The notes: a model not told the origin generated them from the sequence alone. A stretch of 64,000 bases of DNA from an uncultured Planctomycetota bacterium (GCA_963737655.1 CAVTTN010000002.1:4352001-4416000); one strand, 5' to 3'. Positions 51,280 to 61,019 are shown, numbered from the stretch's first letter. Translations and numbers: made by a program.

Positions 51280-52251
51280 ATGAAAGCCTTCGAATACGCC
51301 GGGCCCTCGACCGTCGAGGACGCCCTGAAGGCCCTCGCCGGGGCCAAGACCGCCGAGCCCCTTTCCGGGGGGACCGACCTGATCTCCCGGATGAAGGACT
51401 ACGTGGCCGAACCCGACCGCGTGGTCAACCTCAAGGGCATCAAGGCCCTCGCCGGGATCTCCTCGGGAGACAGGGGCCTGACCATCGGCGCCGGCACGAG
51501 GCTGGCCGACGTGGTCGCATCCAAGGAAATCCAGAAGGAATTCCCCGCCCTCCACCAGGCGGCCCTGGAAGTCGGCACCCCGCAGATCCGCAACATGGCC
51601 ACCGTCGGCGGCAACCTCCTCCAGAGGCCCCGCGACTGGTACTACCGCAACGGCTACGGCCTGATCGCCAAGAAGGACGGCAAGAACCTCCTCCGCGACG
51701 GCGACAACCGCTACGGCGCCATCTTCCTGACCGAAGGCGACGCCCTGTTCGTGAACCCCTCCAGCCTGGCCGTCCCCTTGATCGCCCTCGGCGCCACGGC
51801 GACGATCGCCGGCGAGAAGGGGGAGCGGACGGTCCCCGTCGAGAAGCTCTATCAGGTCCCGAAGGCCGATTCCGACCGCGAATTGACCCTCGCGCCGGGC
51901 GAGATCCTCACGAAGATCACGATCCCGGCCGCGAAGGGCAAGAACGCCTCGTATGAGGCCCGGCAGAAGCGTGCCCACGACTGGCCGCTGGTCCTCTGCT
52001 CGGTCGCCGGGATCGGCGAGAGCCCGAGGGTGGTGATCTACGGGGTCGCCCCGATCCCCTGGAGGAGCGAGGCCGCCGAGGCCGCCCTCAAGGGCAAGGA
52101 GATCACCCCCGAGACGGCCGAGGCCGCCGCCGAGGCCGCCGTCAAGGACGCCAAGCCCCTGTCGCAGAACGGCTACAAGGTCGCCCTGACGAAGACCGTG
52201 GTGAAGCGCGCCCTGCTCGCCGCCGTCGGCAACCGCTACTGGGAGGCCTGA
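51280..52251 (+). CDS. Xanthine dehydrogenase family FAD-binding subunit (PaoB-like)
   Basis: MKAFEY, GGTDL, PQIRNMATVGGNLLQRPR, GVAPIPWR and NGYKV. Confidence 0.92.
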   Translation: MKAFEYAGPSTVEDALKALAGAKTAEPLSGGTDLISRMKDYVAEPDRVVNLKGIKALAGISSGDRGLTIGAGTRLADVVASKEIQKEFPALHQAALEVGTPQIRNMATVGGNLLQRPRDWYYRNGYGLIAKKDGKNLLRDGDNRYGAIFLTEGDALFVNPSSLAVPLIALGATATIAGEKGERTVPVEKLYQVPKADSDRELTLAPGEILTKITIPAAKGKNASYEARQKRAHDWPLVLCSVAGIGESPRVVIYGVAPIPWRSEAAEAALKGKEITPETAEAAAEAAVKDAKPLSQNGYKVALTKTVVKRALLAAVGNRYWEA

Positions 52252-52254
52252 CCC

Positions 52255-52497
52255 ATGCTCGACCCGCAAACCCAGGACGAAACGGCGGGCCTCCCGATCG
52301 TCGGCGCCCCCTGCCGCCACCTCCGCAACAAGTCGATGTACGTCTTCACCGACGTCGAGCCCGGGATGTCGTCCGAAGGCCATCAGGACAGCATTTGCTG
52401 GTGCCTCCAGACGATGACCGGCTTCGGCCCCGACGACGAGTTCGTCGACGCCCACGAATGCCGCAACCCCAGCCGATCCTGCTTCGAGCCGGTCTGA
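52255..52497 (+). CDS. 80-aa Cys-rich hypothetical protein
   Basis: Starts 3 bp after the FAD subunit; CRHLR.K.MY, CWC..T...GPD and C...RSCF. Confidence 0.75.
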   Translation: MLDPQTQDETAGLPIVGAPCRHLRNKSMYVFTDVEPGMSSEGHQDSICWCLQTMTGFGPDDEFVDAHECRNPSRSCFEPV

Positions 52498-52531
52498 GCC
52501 GAACTCGGAGCGTCGCGAAAAACCTCACTCA

Positions 52532-52573
52532 ACGGGCACGGACGATCGGTCAAACCCGGTCGTCCGTGCCCGT
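52532..52573. terminator. Hairpin closing the molybdoenzyme operon
   Basis: acgggcacggacga / tcgtccgtgcccgt 14-bp perfect stem. Confidence 0.55.
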
Positions 52574-52663
52574 CTCGCGTTCCGACCTGCAAGAATTTGC
52601 GCCGACGGCCGAATGACCCTCGCAGGTCGAGACGAGACCCGAGGCTTTCCCGGAGCGAGGACG

Positions 52664-53356
52664 ATGCCCGATCCCATCGGTCCTTCGGTCAGCTATGTCC
52701 CCGCCACGACGGCCGTCCTGGTCGTCGGCGATCGGCCGATTCCGCTCGAAGAATGGCCGATGGCTCGGTCCGTCGCAGAGCGTCACGCGATGGAGACCAG
52801 GCAGGAGGGGGCCGACCTCCTGGCGATCGAGCCGAAGAGGCGCAGCGTGATCGGGGTGATCGTGCTGAGCATCCTGATGTTCCTCGGCGGGAGCTTGCCG
52901 ACCGTCGTGGCCACGTCCCTCGACCTGCCCGGCTGGCTCTCGATCGTCATGGGCCTGGTCACCCTGGCGGGCCTCCTGTTCCTGGTCCGGCTCCAGCTCT
53001 CGGGCCTGCGGTCGATCCGGTTCGACAGGGCGGCGGGGCGTCTGGTGATCGATCGCCGGGTCGGCTTCCGACGAAGGACTCGGACCGAGGCGAGCTATCC
53101 CCTCGAAACGGTCCTGGCGGTCCAGCTCCTGTTCAACGGCTTGCATAGCGTGTCCGAAACGCTAGGACAGGGCGACCAGCAATCGACCTCCTACCGCCAA
53201 TTCTTCGGTTATGAGCTCAATCTCGTCCTCGATGACCCGAACCAGAGGCGCCTGAACCTGTTCAGCATCGCCGACTGGGCATGGATTCGACGGACGGGTC
53301 AAACCCTCGGGGCCTTCCTCCAGGTCCCCGTGATCGACAAGCTCCATCACGGGTAG
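52664..53356 (+). CDS. Hypothetical membrane protein (2 TM plus soluble domain)
   Basis: Two hydrophobic helices, then IRFDR, AVQLL, YELNLVL and LGAFLQVPV; start uncertain. Confidence 0.65.
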   Translation: MPDPIGPSVSYVPATTAVLVVGDRPIPLEEWPMARSVAERHAMETRQEGADLLAIEPKRRSVIGVIVLSILMFLGGSLPTVVATSLDLPGWLSIVMGLVTLAGLLFLVRLQLSGLRSIRFDRAAGRLVIDRRVGFRRRTRTEASYPLETVLAVQLLFNGLHSVSETLGQGDQQSTSYRQFFGYELNLVLDDPNQRRLNLFSIADWAWIRRTGQTLGAFLQVPVIDKLHHG

Positions 53357-53382
53357 AGCGGTTCCCGGTAGGTTGGATATCG

Positions 53383-53441
53383 GTAGGGCAGGCCTCGGCC
53401 TGCCGTCTTCGGGGGCCTCGGCAGGCCAAGGCCTGCCCTAC
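53383..53441. repeat. GTAG-type REP doublet, family A copy 3
   Basis: gtagggcaggcctcggcctgcc ... ggcaggccaaggcctgccctac. Confidence 0.9.
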
Positions 53442-54562
53442 GAGACGCGTCGTGCGCAATCCGCTCGCGAACCGCTTTGGGCCGAAGGGGTCCGAGCCGG
53501 CCGGACGTGGGGCGAGGGGATCGCCAAGGGCGGCGTCTCGGCCCCCGGGGCGTACCGCACCCGGTCTTTCAGCGCGAGCAAAGGGCGCTCGACGAACCGC
53601 CAGGAGAGCGCCGCCACGCTCAAGCTCATCGCCAGTTTCGTCAGGTCCCTGAGCATCGGCCGGGCGATCTTCAGGTCATCAAACGTCCACTCGACGAGCC
53701 GGAAAATCGGGATGTGGTAGAGGTACAGGCCATAGCTCATCATCCCGAAGGCCACGAGCCAGGGGGCCCTCAGGGGTCGGAGCCACGACCGCCCCGAGGA
53801 CAGGACGACCGCGCCGACCAGCCCGGTATACAGGACGGCCAGCCGGGTGAACCGCAGGCCCACGGCCACCTCCGACCATCGCGCCGATCCTCGGGTCATC
53901 GCCTCGATGGGCAGGGCGGCCAGGATCGCCGCCAGGGCCAGGGCCCCGATCAGTCGCGCCCTCCGCGTCTCCACCCATCGGTGATCGGCGAGGATCGCGG
54001 CGAGCAAGGCGCCTAATACAAGGCCATCACACCGCGACAAAAGCAGGTAATTCGGCATCCCGCGGACCCGGAACACGGCCGACATCGCCATCAACGCCGG
54101 CGCCAGCACGAACAGCCCCCGACGGCCGACCCACCAGACCAGCAGCGGCCAGATCAGGTAGAACTGCTCCTCGATCGCCAGCGTCCACAGATGCCCGAAC
54201 GCCCGGGAGAACGGCGGCATGCCCACGCCAAAATAGTCGTGGACGCACTGGGTGTAGGTCAGGTAGTACGGCAGGGCGTCGAGCGGGGCGGGGTGCGTCC
54301 CGAACCGATTCACGACGAGGAAGACGGCGAAGGTCAGGTAGTAGATCGGGAAGATCCGCAGGGCCCGCCTCGCATAGAAGACCCGGAAGCCCCCGGGCCG
54401 GCGGATCGAGCCCAGGAGGACCGTCGTGATCAGGTAGCCCGAGAGGACGAAGAACAGGTCCACGGCCGAGGCCATCGGCTTGAAGTGGAACCGCCAATGG
54501 AACAGGACGATCACCGCCGCGGCGATCCCTCGCAACCCATCCAGTTCCGAGATCCGTCTCAT
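53438..54562 (-). CDS. Acyltransferase 3 (OafA-like) membrane O-acyltransferase
   Basis: LDGLRG, VDLFFVLSGYLIT, FY.RR..RIFP, HLWTLAIEEQFY, SYGLYLYH and SWRFVERP. Confidence 0.93.
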   Translation of the reverse strand: MRRISELDGLRGIAAAVIVLFHWRFHFKPMASAVDLFFVLSGYLITTVLLGSIRRPGGFRVFYARRALRIFPIYYLTFAVFLVVNRFGTHPAPLDALPYYLTYTQCVHDYFGVGMPPFSRAFGHLWTLAIEEQFYLIWPLLVWWVGRRGLFVLAPALMAMSAVFRVRGMPNYLLLSRCDGLVLGALLAAILADHRWVETRRARLIGALALAAILAALPIEAMTRGSARWSEVAVGLRFTRLAVLYTGLVGAVVLSSGRSWLRPLRAPWLVAFGMMSYGLYLYHIPIFRLVEWTFDDLKIARPMLRDLTKLAMSLSVAALSWRFVERPLLALKDRVRYAPGAETPPLAIPSPHVRPARTPSAQSGSRADCARRVS

Positions 54563-54716
54563 CGCGAATCGTCCCCTTCGTCGGTCCGGCTCCTTCGACG
54601 GATTTCGGCCCAGGACACCCCAAAATCGCCGGACCGTCAACCGGAGAAATCGCGACGGGGCCGTTGAAAGGAAGATTCGCGAGGCCCTCCGACTCCCGAT
54701 CGTGCCCGCTTGACGC

Positions 54717-54745
54717 TTGCCCGATGAGCCGCGGAGTCTTAAGAT
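54717..54745 (+). promoter_or_regulatory. Putative sigma70 promoter
   Basis: TTGCCC-17-TAAGAT upstream of the ORF at 54819. Confidence 0.3.
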
Positions 54746-54818
54746 CATCGGGGCCGAGACCGCGCCGCCGTCGGCAATCCTCCCGACGGAGCCGGTCCCC
54801 CTTTGGGTGAGATGATCG

Positions 54819-55310
54819 ATGAGATTCGCGATCCCGGGGATTCCCCTGCTGGTCACGATCGAGAGGCGGCCGAGGGAGGCCGCGAAGGGCCGAATTCGCG
54901 ACCTGATGGCCTGGATCGCCTTCGTCGCCGTGATCCTGGCCGCCGGGATGTTCATCGCGAGCCTGCCCGACCGCGTGAAGGGATTCCGGGCGATGGCCAA
55001 CCGGAATCGCGACGCCGCCTTTCAGGCCGAGTTCGCCCTCTCGACCCAGGAATCGACGCGGAAGAACTTCGAGAGCCGGGCCCAGTTGCTCGATCGCCGA
55101 GGCGCCGAGATCGCGAAGGAAGGAGACGCCGGGACCGCCGATTCGTTGCGGAGGGAGGCGGCCACCTATCGCGCCATCGCCAGGGCTCAGGCGGACGAGG
55201 CCGGGCGGTCCCGCAAGCGGATCGCCCACTTCCAGACGCTCGCCGACAAGTACGCCAAGGCCGCCGAACGCCCCTATCTGCCCGTCGGCCCCGACCCCTC
55301 CGAACCCTGA
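54819..55310 (+). CDS. Hypothetical single-TM protein
   Basis: IRDLMAWIAFVAV TM segment and a C-terminal KY..AA.RP.LPV.PDP.EP pattern. Confidence 0.65.
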   Translation: MRFAIPGIPLLVTIERRPREAAKGRIRDLMAWIAFVAVILAAGMFIASLPDRVKGFRAMANRNRDAAFQAEFALSTQESTRKNFESRAQLLDRRGAEIAKEGDAGTADSLRREAATYRAIARAQADEAGRSRKRIAHFQTLADKYAKAAERPYLPVGPDPSEP

Positions 55311-55738
55311 TCGGCGAGCCGGTCGTACGGGACGATGTTCTGCCACTCGTCGGCGTCGGACCGGGCGACGACCGCGACCACCGGCTCCTCGTCGCTGAGG
55401 TTGAAGACCTCGTGGGGGACGCCGGGCTCGATGAACAGGAAGTCGCCGGCCGAGTTCTCCACCACGTTCTTCAGCCCCGGGCCGTACTCGTGCCGGACCC
55501 GGCCCTGGAGGATGTAGAGCATCAGCTCGAAATCGACGTGGATGTGCGCATAGGCGACGCCTCCGGGCGGGATCGTCGCCACGTTCATCGACAGCTTCTT
55601 CGCCCCGACGTTCTTGGCCGAGAGGCCCACCTTGTAGTGGATGCCGTTCCAGTCCCGGCAGTTGCCCGAGGCGCGGATCACCGAGATCCCGTCGCGGCCC
55701 TCGACGTCCCGGGCCAGGTCGATCGGTTCGGACGGCAT
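55274..55738 (-). CDS. Cupin domain protein
   Basis: AHIH..FE..LYIL.G and GDFLFIEPGVPH. Confidence 0.88.
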   Translation of the reverse strand: MPSEPIDLARDVEGRDGISVIRASGNCRDWNGIHYKVGLSAKNVGAKKLSMNVATIPPGGVAYAHIHVDFELMLYILQGRVRHEYGPGLKNVVENSAGDFLFIEPGVPHEVFNLSDEEPVVAVVARSDADEWQNIVPYDRLADQGSEGSGPTGR

Positions 55739-55757
55739 GTTCGGCGGCCCCCTCGTC

Positions 55758-56168
55758 TCACTTCATCGCGAGCAGCTCGATGGTACGCTTCACGAACGCG
55801 GAGGCGGCGGCGAGGTTCTCCTCGGGCGGCCTCTTCATCCCCTGGGCCCGTTCGAAGGCGTGGACGTGGGCCGGGTCGAGCAGGCCGCTCTTCACGTAAA
55901 GGTCCTCGCACGCGAGCAGGAGGCAGCGGAGGCCCATCTCGCGGTAGCCCTTGTTGTAGACCAGGGCGCGGAGGCAGGAGAACATGGCCTCATAGCTGAG
56001 GAAGCTGATGTCCGCGCGGTCCCCCTGGCCGGTGAAGTTGATGTTGGCCGCGGCCTCCAGCCGGTCGGCGGCGGTGGACATCAGGCCGCCCACTCGGGTC
56101 GGCGCGTCCTTGTCCTCGACGAGGTACGGGCTGTCCAGGCACTTCGGGAAGGTGTTGATAATCGCCAT
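55758..56168 (-). CDS. HEPN-like domain protein (probably inactive)
   Basis: A.DRL..A, SYEAMFSCLRAL...GYRE and A..FV....ELL match the HEPN helical pattern. Confidence 0.6.
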   Translation of the reverse strand: MAIINTFPKCLDSPYLVEDKDAPTRVGGLMSTAADRLEAAANINFTGQGDRADISFLSYEAMFSCLRALVYNKGYREMGLRCLLLACEDLYVKSGLLDPAHVHAFERAQGMKRPPEENLAAASAFVKRTIELLAMK

Positions 56169-56223
56169 CGGCGAGGGCCTCGATTCGATCGGATCGCGGA
56201 GGGAAGGTCCGGGAGGTCGCTCG

Positions 56224-58104
56224 TCAGTCGTCCTGGGGCTTGGCCTCGCTCGACTTCGGCCGGTCCTCGGCCTTCGGCGAGGCCGGCGGGGTGGCCGAGG
56301 CCTTGCCCTTCCCTTTGCCTTGCCCCTTGCCCTGGGCCTTCCCCTTCGGGGCGCCCCCGCCCCCGCCGCCTCCGGGAGGGCCTCCGGCCTTGCCCTTGGG
56401 CGCGGAGCCTCCGGCGGAGGCGCCTCCGCCCTTGGCGGTGAATTCCGCCGCGCCTTTCTTGGCCTGCTCCAGCCGTTCCTCCGGGGTGGTGCGGAACCCG
56501 GGCTCGGCCGAGGTGGCGTGGCGAATGTCCCCCAGGGGGCGGGTCTTCGAGGCGTCGGTCATGGCGCGGAGCAACGGGGTCGGGTAGAGGCCGCACCCCA
56601 CCGCCACGGCCGTGGCCGCGACGACCGAGACGGTCACTCCCAGGGGGGCACGGCCCGTCGTCGTCGAGCGGGCCGGGCGGAGGAACATCGCCTTGAGCAC
56701 CCGGACGTAATAAAACGCCGAGACCACGCTGTTGAACAGGCCCAGCGCCACCAGCCACGTCAGCGTGATCCGCCCCTTCTCGCCCGTGTTCATGGCTTCC
56801 ATGAACATGTAGAGCTTGCCGAAAAATCCGGCCAGGGGGGGCATGCCGATCAGCGAGAGCATCAGCAGGACGATGCACACGGCCAGGAACGGCGAGCGGG
56901 AGCCGAGGCCGTCAAGTTCCGCGATGTCGTCCCGGCCGGTGTCGCGGACGATCCACGCCGCGACGGCCAGGGCCCCGGCCGTCGCGAAGGAGTAGACGAC
57001 CAGGTAGAACAGGACCGGCCCGGTGTCCATCTTCTGGGTGGTCGAGACGCTCGCCGCCAGGACGCCCACGAGCATGTAGCCGGCGTGGGCGATCGAGGAA
57101 TAGGCGAGCATCCTCTTGAAGTTCTTCTGGGCGAGCGCCGCGAAGTTGCCGAACGTCATGGTGGCGGCGGAGATCGCGGCGATCAGGCCGATCCAGCCGG
57201 GGCTGGTGAGCTCGCCGGGCCTCATCGCCCAGGGGGCCAGGCCGCCGACGAGAACCTTGATCATCGCCACGAAGCTGGCGATCTTCGAGCCGGTCGCCAC
57301 CCAGGCCGTGACCGGGGCCGGGGCGCCCTCGTAGGCGTCGGGCGCCCATTGGTGGAACGGGACGGCCGCGATCTTGAACCCGAACCCGACCAGCACGAGC
57401 AACACCGCCACCGCCCCGGCGAGGTTCCCCTGGAGGCCCTTCGGCGCCGACCCGCCGGCGAGCAGGCCCTGGATCGCGTCGATCCGCGTGCTGCCGGTCA
57501 GCCCGTAGATCAGGCTGAGGCCGAAGAGGAACAGGGCCGAGGAGACCGACCCGTAGACGAAGTACTTGAGGCCCCCCTCGGCCGACCGCCGTTTGCCCTT
57601 TTCGAACGCGGCCATCATGTAGAGGCAGAGGGTCATCGTCTCCAGGGTCAGGAACAGCGTGAGCAATTCCTCCGAGGCGACCAGGAGCATCATCCCCACG
57701 CCCGACCAGCAGAGCAGGGCAAAATACTCGCCCCAGTGCTCGGTGAAGTCCCACGCCATCGACTGCGCGACGATCAGCGCGAGCAGGCCGAGGAGCGTGA
57801 GGTCCATCCAGCTCGTCACGCCGTCGCTGGTCAATACGCCGGAGAACAACGAGACGTAGAGGCCGGCGGTGTTGAAGCCGCCCCTGTCGGCCGGGAGCAT
57901 CATCGCGACCTGCAGGCCGGCGATGCCGACGACCCCGAGCAGGGTCAGCCAGCCCAGCCGCCCCCTCCGCTCCGGGCCGGGCTTCTTGCGGAGCAGGGCG
58001 AAGTCGTACATCAGGACGATCAGGCCGAGCGCCGTCAGGGCGATCACCGGGGCGATGAAGAAGAGGTCCCCCTTCAGGGCCTCGATCGGGTCGAAGTCTT
58101 TCAT
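56224..58104 (-). CDS. nuoN: NADH-quinone oxidoreductase subunit N with low-complexity C-terminal tail
   Basis: EGGLKYF, GFKIAAVPFHQWAPDAYEGAP, KRMLAYSSIAHAGY and SLIGMPPLAGFFGK. Confidence 0.95.
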   Translation of the reverse strand: MKDFDPIEALKGDLFFIAPVIALTALGLIVLMYDFALLRKKPGPERRGRLGWLTLLGVVGIAGLQVAMMLPADRGGFNTAGLYVSLFSGVLTSDGVTSWMDLTLLGLLALIVAQSMAWDFTEHWGEYFALLCWSGVGMMLLVASEELLTLFLTLETMTLCLYMMAAFEKGKRRSAEGGLKYFVYGSVSSALFLFGLSLIYGLTGSTRIDAIQGLLAGGSAPKGLQGNLAGAVAVLLVLVGFGFKIAAVPFHQWAPDAYEGAPAPVTAWVATGSKIASFVAMIKVLVGGLAPWAMRPGELTSPGWIGLIAAISAATMTFGNFAALAQKNFKRMLAYSSIAHAGYMLVGVLAASVSTTQKMDTGPVLFYLVVYSFATAGALAVAAWIVRDTGRDDIAELDGLGSRSPFLAVCIVLLMLSLIGMPPLAGFFGKLYMFMEAMNTGEKGRITLTWLVALGLFNSVVSAFYYVRVLKAMFLRPARSTTTGRAPLGVTVSVVAATAVAVGCGLYPTPLLRAMTDASKTRPLGDIRHATSAEPGFRTTPEERLEQAKKGAAEFTAKGGGASAGGSAPKGKAGGPPGGGGGGGAPKGKAQGKGQGKGKGKASATPPASPKAEDRPKSSEAKPQDD

Positions 58105-58171
58105 CGGCGGCGCCTGGGTCCTGCGGGTCGGGTCGGGTCGATGCGCGGTTCAGAGCCAGGGAGAGGGGGGA

Positions 58172-58501
58172 TCAGCCGGCCATGCTGTCGAAGCGGTCGA
58201 TGTCGGCGGCCTTCCAGCGGCGGTAGCACAGGAGGATCAGGCCGATCCCCACGGCGACCTCGGCCGCGGCGATCGTGATGACGAAGATGGCCATCATCAC
58301 CCCGGTCAGGGGCCCTTCGCCGGCGGGCGGGGTGCCGTACCGCCAGAAGGCGATGAAGTTGATGTTCGCCGCGTTGAGCATGATTTCGATCGCCATGAGC
58401 ACGGCGATGGCGTTGCGCCGGGCCATCACGCCGAACAGGCCGATGGCGAACGACGCGGCGGCGAAATAGAGGAACCAGCTCAGGGGGATGTCGTCGGTCA
58501 T
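58172..58501 (-). CDS. nuoK: NADH-quinone oxidoreductase subunit K
   Basis: RRNAI.VLM.IEIMLNAANINF and IAAAEVAVG. Confidence 0.95.
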   Translation of the reverse strand: MTDDIPLSWFLYFAAASFAIGLFGVMARRNAIAVLMAIEIMLNAANINFIAFWRYGTPPAGEGPLTGVMMAIFVITIAAAEVAVGIGLILLCYRRWKAADIDRFDSMAG

Positions 58502-59214
58502 GCCTGGCCCCTGTCGGGGGTCTCGGGGGAGAGCTTCGCGCCGGCCAGGGTCCCGGCGACGGCGTGGCCGTTGGTCGGGTCGGGCGAGGCCGGCCCCTCG
58601 GTGCCCCCTCGGCCGGTCTGCGCGGCGCCGAGGCGGAAGTGCGGGTCCTTTTCGTCCGATTGCGCCAGGGCGATCGCGCCGACTAGGGCCGCCGTGAGCA
58701 ACAGACCTGCGACCTCGAAGGGGATCACAAATCGTCGGAGCATCTCGTCGCCCACGGCCTTGCCCATGTTGGCGATCGCGGCCGATCGGCCGTCGGTCGG
58801 CGGGGCGTCCGGATCGGGCGGGACGAACTTCGGCCTCTGGGCGAGGATCGACCACGCCGGGTTCCCGCCCAGCCCTTGCTCGCGGGCGATCCCGGTGGCC
58901 AGCATCGCCAGGAGGCCGAAGGCGATCACCCCGGCCGGCAGCTTCCTCATCCAGTGCCCGCCGGTCGTCTCGTCCCCCTGGATGTTCCGGGTCAGCATGA
59001 TCCCGAACATCAGGATGATGGCCACCGCCCCGATGTAGACGAGCACCTGCATGGCGGCCATGAACTCGGCTTCGAGCAACACGAACGTGCACGCGACCAG
59101 GAAGAAGAACCCCACGAGGAACAGGGCCGCGTGGACGAGGTTCCTCGCCACGACCGTCCCCACCGCCGTGAGCAGGCCGAGCGAGGCGATCACCAGAAAG
59201 AGGATGCGGATCAA
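58498..59214 (-). CDS. nuoJ: NADH-quinone oxidoreductase subunit J
   Basis: NLVHAAL, AEF.AAMQVLVYIGAV and PFEVAG.LL; TTG start after GGAG is inferred. Confidence 0.92.
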   Translation of the reverse strand: MIRILFLVIASLGLLTAVGTVVARNLVHAALFLVGFFFLVACTFVLLEAEFMAAMQVLVYIGAVAIILMFGIMLTRNIQGDETTGGHWMRKLPAGVIAFGLLAMLATGIAREQGLGGNPAWSILAQRPKFVPPDPDAPPTDGRSAAIANMGKAVGDEMLRRFVIPFEVAGLLLTAALVGAIALAQSDEKDPHFRLGAAQTGRGGTEGPASPDPTNGHAVAGTLAGAKLSPETPDRGQA

Positions 59215-59288
59215 GGGGTCGGACTCCCGGGAGATTCGGTCCGCCGATGTCGCGGAGAGAGAGAGGGGGTCGAGGGTCGTCGGATGGA

Positions 59289-60593
59289 TCACTTCCTGGC
59301 GAAGGCATAGTCTCGGCGGAGGGGGGCGGCCAGGGTCGGCGCCTCCTCGCGGGTCGCTCGGTTCAGCCAGAGGACGAAGGCGACGGCGAGGATCTCCAGG
59401 GGGCCCGTGTAGATCCAGCCCCAGAGCTTGTCCATCGCGGTCGGCAAGTAGTCCGGCAGGTGGCCGATGGTCACCTCCTGCCAGATCGCCGCGATCACCA
59501 GGTTGAGGATCGCCAGCGGGATCATCGTCTTCCACGCGAACCCCATGAGCTGGTCCACCCGGAGCCTCGGCAGGGTGACGCGGACCCAGAACATGAAGAA
59601 CACGTAGAAGAACACCTTCGTGAAGAAAATTCCCGTGGTGATCGCGTTCACCAGGACGAACGACGGCACGGTGTCGGTCAGGATCGAGCGGAAGTCGAAG
59701 AACGGCAGCGAGCCGCCGCCGAGGAACAGGCTGGTCCCCAGGCAGCTCACGCCGAAGACGCTGAGGTACTCGGCCAGGAAGAACAGGCCGAACCTCATCC
59801 CGGAATACTCGGTGTGATAGCCCGCGATGATCTCCGACTCGGCCTCGGGCAGGTCGAACGGCGTCCGGTTCACCTCGGCGATGTTGGCGATCGTCAGGAG
59901 GATGAACGACACCAGGCCCGGGGGCGAGAAGAGGAACCAGCCGTCGTCGAGCTGGCGGTTGAGGATCGCCACCATGCTCAGGCTGCCGGTCCAGAGGATG
60001 ATGGGGACCGTCGCCAGGACCTGAGGCACTTCATACGAGACGAGCTGGGCCACGGCCCTCATGGCCCCGAGCAAGGAGTACTTGTTGCGGCTCGACCATC
60101 CCGCGAGGAAGATGCCGAGGCTCGAGATGCTCGAGACGGCGATCAGGTAGAGCAGGCCCGAGGGCAAATCGACCGGGACCAGCCCCGTCACGCGGTTGCC
60201 GACCTTGCCGCCGAAGCCGAACGGGATCACGGCGAGGACCAGGAACGCCGAGACGAGCAAGATGACCGGCGCCAGCAGGTGGACGACGGCATCGGCGGCC
60301 TTGGGGACGATGTTTTCCTTGGTGATCAGCTTCAGGGCGTCGGCGATCGGCTGGAGGAGGCCGAGAGGGCCCACGCGGTTCGGGCCGATCCGGTCCTGGA
60401 ACCTCGCGGCGACCTTGCGCTCGGCCCAGACCATGTAGGCGACGATCCCGGGGAAGGCGCCGAAGAACGCCAGGCCGAGCCACGCCAGCCAGATCACGTG
60501 CTGGCGGGTCAGGGGGCCGAGCATCGGCTCGTCGATCCACGCGGTCGAGGAGGCGGCCTCCTGGGCCAGGATCATCGGCAGGGCGAAATTCAC
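59289..60593 (-). CDS. nuoH: NADH-quinone oxidoreductase subunit H
   Basis: ERK..A.FQDRIGPNRVG, KYSLLGAMR, SYE, PFDLPEAESE and PRLRVDQLM. Confidence 0.96.
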   Translation of the reverse strand: MNFALPMILAQEAASSTAWIDEPMLGPLTRQHVIWLAWLGLAFFGAFPGIVAYMVWAERKVAARFQDRIGPNRVGPLGLLQPIADALKLITKENIVPKAADAVVHLLAPVILLVSAFLVLAVIPFGFGGKVGNRVTGLVPVDLPSGLLYLIAVSSISSLGIFLAGWSSRNKYSLLGAMRAVAQLVSYEVPQVLATVPIILWTGSLSMVAILNRQLDDGWFLFSPPGLVSFILLTIANIAEVNRTPFDLPEAESEIIAGYHTEYSGMRFGLFFLAEYLSVFGVSCLGTSLFLGGGSLPFFDFRSILTDTVPSFVLVNAITTGIFFTKVFFYVFFMFWVRVTLPRLRVDQLMGFAWKTMIPLAILNLVIAAIWQEVTIGHLPDYLPTAMDKLWGWIYTGPLEILAVAFVLWLNRATREEAPTLAAPLRRDYAFARK

Positions 60594-60636
60594 CGTGGAG
60601 GCTCCCCATCGCGGACCGATTCCCGGATCAATCCGA

Positions 60637-60996
60637 TCAGACCCACCGCAAGACGCCCTTGGCCCAGGCGTAGGCCAGCCCGATGGCCAGCATCGCGAGG
60701 AAGATGACCATCTCGACCAGGGCGAACGTCCCCAGGGCCCCGTAGCTGACCGCCCAGGGGTAGAGGAACACCGTCTCGATGTCGAACACCAGGAACATCA
60801 ACGCATAAATGTAATACTGGATGCGGAACCGGACCCAGGTCTCCCCGGTGGTCAGGAGGCCGCACTCATACGTGTCCCCCTTCGACCGCGATGTCTTCCT
60901 CGGCGCCACGATCGCCACGACGACCAGGGGGGCGACGGCGAAGCCGATCGCGCCGAGGAGGAGCAGGCCGATGAAGAGGTAGGACGAGAGGATCAT
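60637..60996 (-). CDS. nuoA: NADH-quinone oxidoreductase subunit A
   Basis: YECG, YY.YALMFLVFDIE.VFLYPWA and KGVLRW. Confidence 0.96.
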   Translation of the reverse strand: MILSSYLFIGLLLLGAIGFAVAPLVVVAIVAPRKTSRSKGDTYECGLLTTGETWVRFRIQYYIYALMFLVFDIETVFLYPWAVSYGALGTFALVEMVIFLAMLAIGLAYAWAKGVLRWV

Positions 60997-61019
60997 GGGG
61001 TGTCCCGAGGGAATCGAAT

